In this document: positions 10,857 through 19,019 of the stretch, piece after piece
Position numbering within the stretch: position 1 is the first letter of the stretch
Layout: the number at the start of each line of letters is the position of its first letter
Origin: an uncultured Fibrobacterales bacterium
GTDB lineage: Bacteria; Fibrobacterota; Fibrobacteria; Fibrobacterales; CAWVXU01
NCBI GenBank assembly: GCA_963934255.1
Contig: CAWVXU010000032.1
Span: 1-26,337 of the forward strand
Length of the DNA: 26,337 nucleotides
Reading direction: 5' to 3'
Notes under the pieces: model-generated
Seen by the model: only the letters and a program-made list of their open reading frames with translations
What the model was told of the DNA's origin: nothing
Database searches by the model: none
Made by a program: the position numbers and the translations under genes

Positions 10857-11285
10857 ATGGATTTATTTTGGATATTAATTGCTACACACGTTTTTTTATG
10901 TGTATTTCTTGTATTGCTCGTCCTTGTCCAGAATGACAAAGGTGGTGGTTTAGCAGGTGCCTTAACTGGTGGTGCATCAAATGCCGCTTTTTCAGGAACA
11001 GGTGCCGCTTCTGCAATTTCAAAGCTTACACAGTGGGTCGCCATTATGTTTATGGTTGTTATTCTTGGGATCAACTATGTAGTTTCTCAGGGGACTACTC
11101 AGAAGGTTGACTCTAAATTAGGTGATGCGCGTAAAGAACTTAGTTCGGTGCTTGCTCCCGCTTCAGTGCCTGCCCTCAATCCTCCAAGTGATCCTGTGGT
11201 TCCAGCAATGCAAGTCGCTCCTGCAGTGGCCAACCCTACAGTGCCAAAGGGTGTTGTTCCTGTTGGCCTTGGTGGCAGTATTTAA
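10857..11285 (+). CDS. secG: Preprotein translocase subunit SecG with a Pro/Val/Ala-rich tail
   Basis: Two TM segments joined by the Gly-rich loop LVQNDKGGGLAGALTGG. Canonical position between tpiA and tRNA-Leu. Confidence 0.92.
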   Translation: MDLFWILIATHVFLCVFLVLLVLVQNDKGGGLAGALTGGASNAAFSGTGAASAISKLTQWVAIMFMVVILGINYVVSQGTTQKVDSKLGDARKELSSVLAPASVPALNPPSDPVVPAMQVAPAVANPTVPKGVVPVGLGGSI

Positions 11286-11306
11286 TTTTTTGAACATCAT
11301 GGTTTA

Positions 11307-11393
11307 GCGGTCGTGGTGGAATTGGTAGACACGCCAGCTTGAGGGGCTGGTGGGCGAAATTTGCCCGTGACGGTTCGAGTCCGTCCGACCGCA
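11307..11393 (+). tRNA. tRNA-Leu(GAG), CCA not encoded
   Basis: Acceptor stem GCGGTCG/CGACCGC plus discriminator A. Anticodon arm CCAGC-TTGAGGG-GCTGG. Long variable arm GGGCG..TGCCC. T arm GACGG-TTCGAGT-CCGTC. Confidence 0.97.
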
Positions 11394-11395
11394 TT

Positions 11396-11425
11396 AAAGA
11401 CCATCTTTTAGATGGTCTTTTTTTT
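11396..11425 (+). terminator. Intrinsic terminator after tRNA-Leu
   Basis: Perfect stem AAAGACCATCT-TTT-AGATGGTCTTT followed by a T tract. Confidence 0.88.
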
Positions 11426-11451
11426 ATGGCTTTTTTTTTTAACTTTGACTT

Positions 11452-12303
11452 ATGAAAAAAATAATATTTGAATTACTGCCCAAGAACTTCATTAGTCAAG
11501 TCTTTGGAATACTCGCATCGTCACGTCTCCCAATCTGGGCGCCACTATTTAAAACTGTCTTTTATAATATATTTAAGTTGAACTTAGATGAATCTGAAAG
11601 AAGCCTTGGTGAATACAACAATTTGCAGGATATGTTTACTCGGAGGCTCAAGCCTGATGCAAGGGAAATTGCTGAGGATGAAGTGGTTTCACCTACAGAT
11701 GGTGTTTTAAGTCAATGCGGTGTATTTGATGATGTTAGTCTCGAAATCATTCAAGCTAAGGGTAAAACATATAGCCTAGGGGCTCTTTTAGGTGATACTG
11801 AGCTGGCTAAATCCTTCGAAGGTGGGATGTGGGCCACAATTTATCTATCCCCATTTAATTACCATCGAATCCACACAGCTGTTGAAGGTGAAATTGTTGA
11901 GGCAATCTATGTTCCTGGTACTTTGTGGCCAGTAAATGAGTGGAGTGTTGAGCATATTGAAAAAGTCTTTTGTGTGAATGAGCGAGTTACGTCTATAATT
12001 AAAGGCCAAGACAATAAACTTTCAGCTTTATGCAAAGTCGGTGCAACAAATGTTGGAAAAATAAGTTTAAGCTATACTAATGACATCTTGTGTAATACAT
12101 CTAAAATGAAAAGTCGCCAAAGCGAACCATGGCATTGGAAGCCTCAGAAACCTATTCGAGTTGAGAAATCAGTGGAGCTTGGATGTTTTGAATTGGGTTC
12201 AACAGTTGTAATAATTCTCGATAAAAGTTATAGAGAAAAATATCCAAATTTGTTTTCAAATCACCAAAATAAAGCTGTTTTAATGGGTCAAAGCTTGCTT
12301 TAA
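11452..12303 (+). CDS. psd: Phosphatidylserine decarboxylase proenzyme
   Basis: FTRRLKPDAR, SPTDG, YLSPFNYHRIH, NER, VGATNVG and the FELGST self-cleavage motif. Confidence 0.95.
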   Translation: MKKIIFELLPKNFISQVFGILASSRLPIWAPLFKTVFYNIFKLNLDESERSLGEYNNLQDMFTRRLKPDAREIAEDEVVSPTDGVLSQCGVFDDVSLEIIQAKGKTYSLGALLGDTELAKSFEGGMWATIYLSPFNYHRIHTAVEGEIVEAIYVPGTLWPVNEWSVEHIEKVFCVNERVTSIIKGQDNKLSALCKVGATNVGKISLSYTNDILCNTSKMKSRQSEPWHWKPQKPIRVEKSVELGCFELGSTVVIILDKSYREKYPNLFSNHQNKAVLMGQSLL

Positions 12304-12993
12304 ATGATGCAGTGGACTGAAAATGAGGTCAAAGAGTGGCTCACTAATGTAAAGCCTGATGTTCATCTATTGATAAAATCAGGAGTCATTTCATCTCAGT
12401 TTGATCAAGAATCTGCAAATTACCTTTTATTAGCTTGTAATTTGTATCAAGAGTGGAGTTGGGATGAGGTGATTAGGTTTTTGGATGTTCTTAAGGCTAC
12501 TCAAAAGGAGTTTTGGAAGCTGCCAGTTTTATTTCAAAATGATATTTTTACTATCCTTAGACAGGCTGAAATACCGAAAGGGTATAGCTTGAATCAACAA
12601 GTATGCGGTATTTTCTGGAGTGTTGGTGAGTTTATAAGAAAATCCCCGAATTGGTATAGTCTACTATCCTCTGAGGAATTTGTGCAAGCTATTTCGCAAG
12701 AAATTTTTTACTTCGGTGGACACTCAACGCTTAAAGTGAAGTCTAGGAGGCTATGGCAATATATGTGCTTGTTTTGGCCACAAAATTTTTCTTTTCAACC
12801 AATTGACCTTGTTACATTGGATGTAGCAAGTTATGAGTTCTTTAAAAAGAGTCCCTGGGCGCAGTTTTTCTTTAGTGAAGATACTCACGGTAAAATAAAG
12901 TATTATACGAGACTTTGTAAGAGGTTAAACCCAAGTAACCCGTTAATGGTCGCTGAAAAAATTGAAAGTTATACTATAAATGAGTTTGAATAA
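12304..12993 (+). CDS. Hypothetical protein, possibly a remote DUF2400/TIGR02757-like protein
   Basis: 229-aa ORF starting immediately after the psd stop. Family resemblance is weak and limited to motifs. Confidence 0.6.
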   Translation: MMQWTENEVKEWLTNVKPDVHLLIKSGVISSQFDQESANYLLLACNLYQEWSWDEVIRFLDVLKATQKEFWKLPVLFQNDIFTILRQAEIPKGYSLNQQVCGIFWSVGEFIRKSPNWYSLLSSEEFVQAISQEIFYFGGHSTLKVKSRRLWQYMCLFWPQNFSFQPIDLVTLDVASYEFFKKSPWAQFFFSEDTHGKIKYYTRLCKRLNPSNPLMVAEKIESYTINEFE

Positions 12994-13732
12994 ATCTTTA
13001 TTGATAGGTAGTTTTATGTGTCTCTTTTTTGTTGCATGTGAAAACAAAAAAGTGTCAAACAAATCCGATAATCAACCGGGCAATCAGCTTGTAAATATGC
13101 CGATTTTGGTGTCAGATAGTCTTAGATACTGCCTTAAGCTTGGTTTACCTGAAGATATTAAAAGCTGTCAGTATAAAAAGTATGTTCTCAGCTATGATGA
13201 AGTCGCCGTTTATTTTGTCGGATTTAAAAATTCAAAAATATCGTTAGCTTCTCATCAAAGTACGAGTCAACTTAAAGAATTAAAGTCAATATGGATGGGG
13301 AAGTTTCAGTTAATCATTGATGGTCGTCCAGAAAGAGTTATATCGTCTGAATTTATTAACAAATTGAAATCAACACTTGATTTTAAAAAGGATACTGATC
13401 ATTATTCTTTACAAATAATGCCTTTCCAAAATTTAATACCCTCTTCTCAAACTGTATCTGAAATAAAAAAGAATATATGGGTTTATTCTCAACAATATCA
13501 GTTCAAAAAGTTTTTTTACAGGGTTTATTTAATTGAGCATAATACAGAAGAGTTCAAAAAAAGCCTAAGAATTATTTCTCAAGAACTGCAACTGTATGTG
13601 GATAATTCGGGCGTTTTTTGGCAAGAGGCGGGCACTGATTATGGGAAATACTTGATTAAAGGTGCATTTAACCCTAAAAAACTAACAGAATTCAAAGATT
13701 TATTTGAAAGAGGTTTCATTAAGACCAAATAA
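12980..13732 (+). CDS. Hypothetical lipoprotein
   Basis: 250 aa, FVA-C lipobox at aa 20, 14-nt overlap with the upstream ORF. Confidence 0.65.
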   Translation: MSLNKSLLIGSFMCLFFVACENKKVSNKSDNQPGNQLVNMPILVSDSLRYCLKLGLPEDIKSCQYKKYVLSYDEVAVYFVGFKNSKISLASHQSTSQLKELKSIWMGKFQLIIDGRPERVISSEFINKLKSTLDFKKDTDHYSLQIMPFQNLIPSSQTVSEIKKNIWVYSQQYQFKKFFYRVYLIEHNTEEFKKSLRIISQELQLYVDNSGVFWQEAGTDYGKYLIKGAFNPKKLTEFKDLFERGFIKTK

Positions 13733-13787
13733 TTATTTAATTTAAGCAAATATTAGAACATTTTGTTGTAGAGCTAAGGAGATGTAA

Positions 13788-13967
13788 ATGACTCTTGAAA
13801 AGTTAGAAGCAGAGATTGAATTACTAAAATCAGAATATCAAAAATTTGAGCGTGGCAATAAGTCTGCTGGGACTCGAGCCCGCAAAGTACTGCAGAATGT
13901 CAAATCTGTTTGTCAAGATCTGCGAGTATACATCCAAGAAGTGAAGACCGAAGAGGAAAGCCCATAG
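13788..13967 (+). CDS. Small Hc1-family (histone H1-like) protein, 59 aa
   Basis: Not in the ORF track. TAAGGAG RBS, then MTLEKLEAEIELLKSEYQKFERGNKSAGTRARKVLQNVKSVCQDLRVYIQEVKTEEESP*. GNKxAGTRARK matches the Hc1 core motif. Confidence 0.85.
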   Translation: MTLEKLEAEIELLKSEYQKFERGNKSAGTRARKVLQNVKSVCQDLRVYIQEVKTEEESP

Positions 13968-14018
13968 AGGCCTAGTGTTTTTGTTATTCCTGCTCTATGT
14001 TTGGGAAAAAAAGTTATT

Positions 14019-14050
14019 AAAAAAGCCTCATTAATCGAGGCCTTTCTTTT
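14019..14050. terminator. Possible bidirectional terminator between the Hc1-like gene and cheY
   Basis: A6-GCCTC-ATTAATC-GAGGC followed by a T-rich tract, between convergent genes. The stem is short. Confidence 0.5.
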
Positions 14051-14068
14051 ATAACACATTAAAGAAGG

Positions 14069-14452
14069 TTAATAATTATCTAAAGCTTCTATAATGTCTT
14101 GTTTGAATTGTTCTTTGAAACTTTCAGAACTCATTTCCAAGGGCTTTGAAATGTAGCCTTTAGCACCTTTTTCAAGCGCATCTAAGATGAGTTTATTGTT
14201 CTGTAAAGCAGAAATCATCACCACCTTGGTTTTCGGTGCGATAGTCAATATTTGATCTAAGGTGTCTAGACCATTCATGTTGGGCATCGTGATATCTAAG
14301 GTGATAAATTCAGGCTTAAGTTTAATGAAGGTTTCTATAGCTTCTAGACCATCGTTGCAGGTAGCGACGACATCGTAGCCAAGGTCTTCTTTGATAAATT
14401 GACTCAACTGAGAACAAATAATAAGCGAGTCGTCTACAATCATGGTTTTCAT
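14069..14452 (-). CDS. Single-domain CheY-like response regulator
   Basis: IVDDS, ITLDITMPNMNG (phosphoacceptor Asp), VMISA, GAKGYISKP. No output domain. Confidence 0.92.
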   Translation of the reverse strand: MKTMIVDDSLIICSQLSQFIKEDLGYDVVATCNDGLEAIETFIKLKPEFITLDITMPNMNGLDTLDQILTIAPKTKVVMISALQNNKLILDALEKGAKGYISKPLEMSSESFKEQFKQDIIEALDNY

Positions 14453-14455
14453 ATC

Positions 14456-14950
14456 TTACATAACTCCAGGTATAATATCGTTGAAATAAATGTGGCAATG
14501 GATAGGGCTGAATTTATCAGAAACTAGTGTCGAACTGATAAATCGATGTTCAGGGCAATATAATTTACCAAATATAATTCGAGGACAAAGAATATTAAGA
14601 TTTGGATTTTTTACTCGAAGGCTTTCAAGAGAAATTGAGGATGCAACATTTAATAACTCTTTGAGAGCAGATCTAAACATGTCAGAGTCTTTAAGCTCAA
14701 AAGATAAAAAGAATTGCTCTTTCCACTCTTCTTCGACAATTTCAATTAAGAAGCCACCTGAAATTTCTCCCATAAATGGAACTTCAATGATACAGTTGTA
14801 ACTTTGTGGGAATCTAGTATTAGCAACATGATTATTAGTCGCTTTAAATGGAACATCAAAGAGCTTGTTGATACTCAATTCAAGGGAACTGCTAAAACTA
14901 TCCATATAGCCTCTTGAAAACTCAAGAAATTCCTCAATAGAAATGTTCAA
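14456..14950 (-). CDS. CheX/CheC-family phosphatase-like protein
   Basis: 164 aa with FMGEISGGFLI beta-hairpin, SALKELLN (E-x-x-N motif) and a CPRIIFG strand. Ends 3 nt before cheY. TTG start follows AAGGGG. Confidence 0.75.
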   Translation of the reverse strand: MNISIEEFLEFSRGYMDSFSSSLELSINKLFDVPFKATNNHVANTRFPQSYNCIIEVPFMGEISGGFLIEIVEEEWKEQFFLSFELKDSDMFRSALKELLNVASSISLESLRVKNPNLNILCPRIIFGKLYCPEHRFISSTLVSDKFSPIHCHIYFNDIIPGVM

Positions 14951-15126
14951 AGCTGCCCCTTAATTATTAACCTACTTAATTATAAAACTATTTTAATTGT
15001 AAATTCAAGTAGAAAGTAAAGTTTTCCCACAAATCCTTCAAAAGGCATTATGACCAATAAGTAAAGCAATAATGATAATTGAAGATGAAATAAAATTAGA
15101 ATATGAGTTTTTATTTTAAAAAAGGT

Positions 15127-15155
15127 TTGACTTAACGAAATTTAGAAGATATATT
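15127..15155 (+). promoter_or_regulatory. Strong sigma70-type promoter of the envelope operon
   Basis: TTGACT-N17-TATATT, each hexamer one mismatch from consensus, preceded by an A/T tract resembling an UP element. Confidence 0.75.
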
Positions 15156-15217
15156 CGGTGAGAATCACGGGGGCTATGCTTTCGTACCAACTGAATTTCT
15201 AATTCTAACTGGAGAAA

Positions 15218-16711
15218 TTGGGTTATATGTCAATGACGAAACTTAAAGTAGTTTTGATTGTGATGATCTGTGCGCTAACAGCGTATACTAGAAACATTAA
15301 TGTTCCTGGAGATTTTAAAACAATCAATGACGCACTAGGCAATGCAGATGCAGGCGATACCATCCTAGTGAAGAGAGGTGTATACTATGAGAACATTACC
15401 CTAGTGATGGGAGTAGTACTAAAGGGAGAAGACCCCTTAAGTACTATTATAGATGGATCTCGTAAAGGACCAACTGTTAACGGAACTTCAGGAGGTGAAA
15501 TTTCACATTTCACTATTCGAAATGGTCGAGAAGGGATACTGTGTGAAAATGCAGCTCCTTACATTCACCATAATTGGATTATTGACAATCATGCGACGGG
15601 GCTTGCTGCATTCATTTCTCTGCCCCATGTAAGAAACAATGTCATCTATGGTAATCGTTGGTCGGGTATCTTAGCCTGGGGTGCAAAGTCACTTGATTCT
15701 AAAATTGAGCACAATGTTATCACTCGTAATGGATTCAGCGGTATAACCCTAAAAGGGCCTACAAATATTATTGTGAGAAATAATATTGTATTAGATAATC
15801 ATTTCTACGGTGTATACGCTGACCCAGCTGCTGGTCAAACAAAGGTTCAATTTAACGATATTTTTAATAACTATTATCCGTATAACAAGTTCATTAAAGT
15901 TGATAGAACAAATCTTTCGGTGGATCCAAAATTTATCAACCCATCTCTTTCAAAACCAAATCTATTCATTGCTTCTAAATCCCCGCTTGTGAAACGTGGT
16001 AAAAAACGAGCAAATATTGGACTTCTTGAGAGAGATACTAAGTCTAAGACTGAAGGTGACCAAGATAAAGATGGTGTTCCTGACTCTGAAGATGCCTGCC
16101 CTACTCAACCAGAAGATCTTGATGATTACGAGGATGAAGACGGCTGTCCTGAACTTGATAATGATGGTGACGGCGTTGAGGATGCTCTTGATAAATGTGA
16201 AGACGAAAAAGAAGACCGTGATGGCTTTGAAGATAACGACGGATGTCCAGATTTAGATAATGATGGCGATAAAATTTATGACGAAAAAGATAAGTGTCCT
16301 TTACAAGCCGAAACGATGAATGGTTTTAAAGACGAAGATGGTTGTCCAGACACTAAGCCTGAACCTCCTAAAAAGACATTTATCTTAGATGGAATTAACT
16401 TCAAATCTGGTTCTGCTGAAATTACAACTGACTCAAGGGTTGCGCTTATGGGTGTTCTTGATCAAATTGAAGCTTTCCCGGAGACTGAATTCTTGATTTC
16501 GGGTCATACAGATAGCCGTGGTTCTAAAAACAAAAATAAAGACCTCTCAAAAGCTCGTGCAAACTCTGTTAAATTATGGTTAGTTGAAAATGGTATTGCC
16601 GATAGTCGCTTGTCTACCCAAGGTAAGGGCGAAGCTGCTCCGATTGCAACTAATAAAACGGCCGATGGTCGTAGTAAAAACAGACGTATTGAATTCCAGA
16701 GAACGAAGTAA
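15218..16711 (+). CDS. Exported protein: parallel beta-helix + thrombospondin type-3 repeats + OmpA-like peptidoglycan-binding domain
   Basis: Signal peptide. INVPGDFKTINDAL...GDTILVKRGVYYE followed by NNxI/GI repeats. Three D-rich CP repeats. INFKSGS, GHTDSRG, LSKARA and NRRIEF motifs. Start uncertain (15218, 15227 or 15233). Confidence 0.9.
   Translation: MGYMSMTKLKVVLIVMICALTAYTRNINVPGDFKTINDALGNADAGDTILVKRGVYYENITLVMGVVLKGEDPLSTIIDGSRKGPTVNGTSGGEISHFTIRNGREGILCENAAPYIHHNWIIDNHATGLAAFISLPHVRNNVIYGNRWSGILAWGAKSLDSKIEHNVITRNGFSGITLKGPTNIIVRNNIVLDNHFYGVYADPAAGQTKVQFNDIFNNYYPYNKFIKVDRTNLSVDPKFINPSLSKPNLFIASKSPLVKRGKKRANIGLLERDTKSKTEGDQDKDGVPDSEDACPTQPEDLDDYEDEDGCPELDNDGDGVEDALDKCEDEKEDRDGFEDNDGCPDLDNDGDKIYDEKDKCPLQAETMNGFKDEDGCPDTKPEPPKKTFILDGINFKSGSAEITTDSRVALMGVLDQIEAFPETEFLISGHTDSRGSKNKNKDLSKARANSVKLWLVENGIADSRLSTQGKGEAAPIATNKTADGRSKNRRIEFQRTK
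16058..16354 (+). repeat. Three tandem 33-aa (99-nt) TSP3-like Ca-binding repeats
   Basis: DQDKDGVPDSEDACPTQPEDLDDYEDEDGCPEL / DNDGDGVEDALDKCEDEKEDRDGFEDNDGCPDL / DNDGDKIYDEKDKCPLQAETMNGFKDEDGCPDT. Confidence 0.9.
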
Positions 16712-16726
16712 GGGAGATAAATCGGA

Positions 16727-18994
16727 ATGTTTATCAGATTTTTAAAACAAAATGCTATGAAGGCATCCCTTATGGGAGCGCTAATGACCTCACTATCATT
16801 TGGGGGGGCTGCATACAGTCCTCACAAGTACCAGCAAAACGATTGGTTTGGTGAGTTCGGTGAAAATAATGCGATGTACGTTAACCCAGCTTCTATTGTA
16901 GAGGCTGATCAACTAGAAGCTACTGCAGGTTTGTATAGCACTATTTCTGGTGAAGCTGGTCAAGAGTTTATCGCTCTGACTGTGCCTTATGACTATAACC
17001 ACTCTTATAGTGTAGCGTGGTTTGAGAATGGTGCTGAAGTCGAATCAGGTGATTCATACCTTGAAAATGCATACATGTTTGGATACGGTTATCGTATGGT
17101 TCATGCTCTTGCACTTGGTATTGATTTATCTGTTTTACACATAAATCAGTTTGACTTAAACAAGCAACTAGCCTTTGGTATCGATCTTGGTGTTAGTTGG
17201 AATCCATTTATGACTTCGAAACTTGGTTTTTTACAACTAGGTGTAACAATTCAGAATGCTTTACAGCCAAGGATTTCTACTGACTCTAGCAGTACAAGTC
17301 TAAGCCCTGTTATTCAAGGTGTAAATGATGATAATACTTATGGTATTCCACGTAATCTGAATGTCTCTGCTTTTTACCGGGGGTTGAATCGTTTTTTAGA
17401 AGCTAAAGCTGAGTTGTCATTTGTTGATATTACTCATGAAGCTTCTGAAGGTGGAACAACTACCCTGGCTGAACGTTGGGAAACATCTTTTACATTAACA
17501 TACTACTTGTCATATAATATAGGCGTTCGCCTTCGCCTTACTAAAGAAGGTTATCCAGTATTAGGTGCAACAGTCAACGTTAAAGATATTAATTTCCTCA
17601 AGTACCTTGAACTTGATTTGGAAATGTCACATGATGATATTATTGAGTCAAAAAACCGTGGATTCATTTGGTCAACTAAGATTTCTGCTCGATTTGGTCC
17701 TACTCGAGAAGAGTCAATTGGATTACGTCGATACAAAAGACTTAAAATTGAGCCTGAAAATGACTACCGCGCTGCTATGCGTTTATACTTACAGCGTCGT
17801 TTCCTAGAAGCATCATATGCTTTTGGTAAAGTGATGACGAAGTACCCAGCATTCCACTTAGTAGATCAAGCTGCATACTACAAAGGCAAATCGTTTGAAA
17901 ATATGCGTATGCATAAAGCCGCACGATATGTTTACAAAATGGCTGCTGTAAAATACCCTCATTCTGAGCAACAAGCTAAATATGCTTATCAACAGATGAA
18001 CATTGACTACAAAGAGGGAAAGTTTGCAGAAGCGCTTACTAAATATCAAGAAATTGTGACAAAATATGGTGAAACTGATGTGAAAGCTGATGCTGACTAT
18101 ATTGCAGGACAAATTAAATTCAATCAAAAAGAAAATGATGCCGCCTTAGTTCTTCTCGAACCAATCCTTCCTGGTAATGCTAACTATGTATACGCTCGCT
18201 TTACAATGGGTATTATATATTCTAAAAAAGAAGAGATGGAACGTGCTGAAGCTGCGTTCCAAGATATTGTTAACTACGCTCCCTCAAATCAATCTGAACA
18301 AGATTTACTTGAGTCAGCTAAAGTAAAATTGGGACACATCTTTTTCTCATCCGAGCCTCCACGTTATGTAGAAGCCGCCGGCATGTACAAAGATATTATT
18401 CAATCTGATTCACATGCTCGTGATGAAGCTTTAATGGCACTTGCTTGGTCTCTAATCAAATCTCGTAAAGCAGATAAAGCCCTTGGTCTTGCTGATGAAA
18501 TCATCAACAAATACCCAAATTCTTACCTTGTTCCTGAAGCCAACCTAATTAAAGGCTATGGATACTTTATGCAGGCCGAGTGGAAAAAGGCTAAAGCTGC
18601 GCTTGAAAAATGTAAAGAGCTAGTTGAAAAGCCTCTCGTTTCAATGGATGATCGTCAAAAAGCTAAAGGTGAATTCAGAACGATGGTTAAAGGCTTTGAA
18701 GATGTACAGATGAGAGCTGTTGACCTTGCTCGTCAATTACCAACTCCTCGTGTACAAGCAAAAAGAGCAAAACTTAAACCTGACTTTGATAAGGCAAATA
18801 AAGAAATTGATCAACACTATGTATTCCTGCAAAAAGCAGTGGAGTCAGATAATTTTGAAGCAAGTCGTAAGCGCATCAAAGAAGATGCATCTTATACGTT
18901 AGCCGAAGTAATGTCTCGATTAGGACGTGAAGGTGGATCCACTATCGATGACGATGATCTTGACGATTTAGATGGACTCGAAGATTTAGAATAG
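16727..18994 (+). CDS. Outer-membrane beta-barrel (PorV/FadL-like) fused to a C-terminal TPR domain with an acidic tail
   Basis: Signal peptide, AMYVNPAS motif, about 14 amphipathic strands ending at ISARFG (aa 324), then TPRs with KYP turns, ending DDDDLDDLDGLEDLE. Confidence 0.75.
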   Translation: MFIRFLKQNAMKASLMGALMTSLSFGGAAYSPHKYQQNDWFGEFGENNAMYVNPASIVEADQLEATAGLYSTISGEAGQEFIALTVPYDYNHSYSVAWFENGAEVESGDSYLENAYMFGYGYRMVHALALGIDLSVLHINQFDLNKQLAFGIDLGVSWNPFMTSKLGFLQLGVTIQNALQPRISTDSSSTSLSPVIQGVNDDNTYGIPRNLNVSAFYRGLNRFLEAKAELSFVDITHEASEGGTTTLAERWETSFTLTYYLSYNIGVRLRLTKEGYPVLGATVNVKDINFLKYLELDLEMSHDDIIESKNRGFIWSTKISARFGPTREESIGLRRYKRLKIEPENDYRAAMRLYLQRRFLEASYAFGKVMTKYPAFHLVDQAAYYKGKSFENMRMHKAARYVYKMAAVKYPHSEQQAKYAYQQMNIDYKEGKFAEALTKYQEIVTKYGETDVKADADYIAGQIKFNQKENDAALVLLEPILPGNANYVYARFTMGIIYSKKEEMERAEAAFQDIVNYAPSNQSEQDLLESAKVKLGHIFFSSEPPRYVEAAGMYKDIIQSDSHARDEALMALAWSLIKSRKADKALGLADEIINKYPNSYLVPEANLIKGYGYFMQAEWKKAKAALEKCKELVEKPLVSMDDRQKAKGEFRTMVKGFEDVQMRAVDLARQLPTPRVQAKRAKLKPDFDKANKEIDQHYVFLQKAVESDNFEASRKRIKEDASYTLAEVMSRLGREGGSTIDDDDLDDLDGLEDLE

Positions 18995-19019
18995 CATCAT
19001 AAAGGTGAAGAAAAAAAAT

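Noticed and set aside
11085..11285. Pro/Val/Ala-rich SecG tail as a novel domain
   Set aside because: Low-complexity SecG tails are common, and no motif or repeat was seen.
11307..11451. tRNA-Leu as an island integration site
   Set aside because: No integrase and no duplicated tRNA 3' end were seen. A core gene (psd) follows.
15167..15185. Leader hairpin ACGGGGGC-TAT-GCTTTCGT as a riboswitch
   Set aside because: Short, three G-U pairs, and no known aptamer features. At most a 5' stabilising stem.
16058..16354. 99-nt periodicity as a CRISPR array or DNA repeat
   Set aside because: The repeats are in-frame and conserved at protein level only (TSP3), with no repeat-spacer structure.
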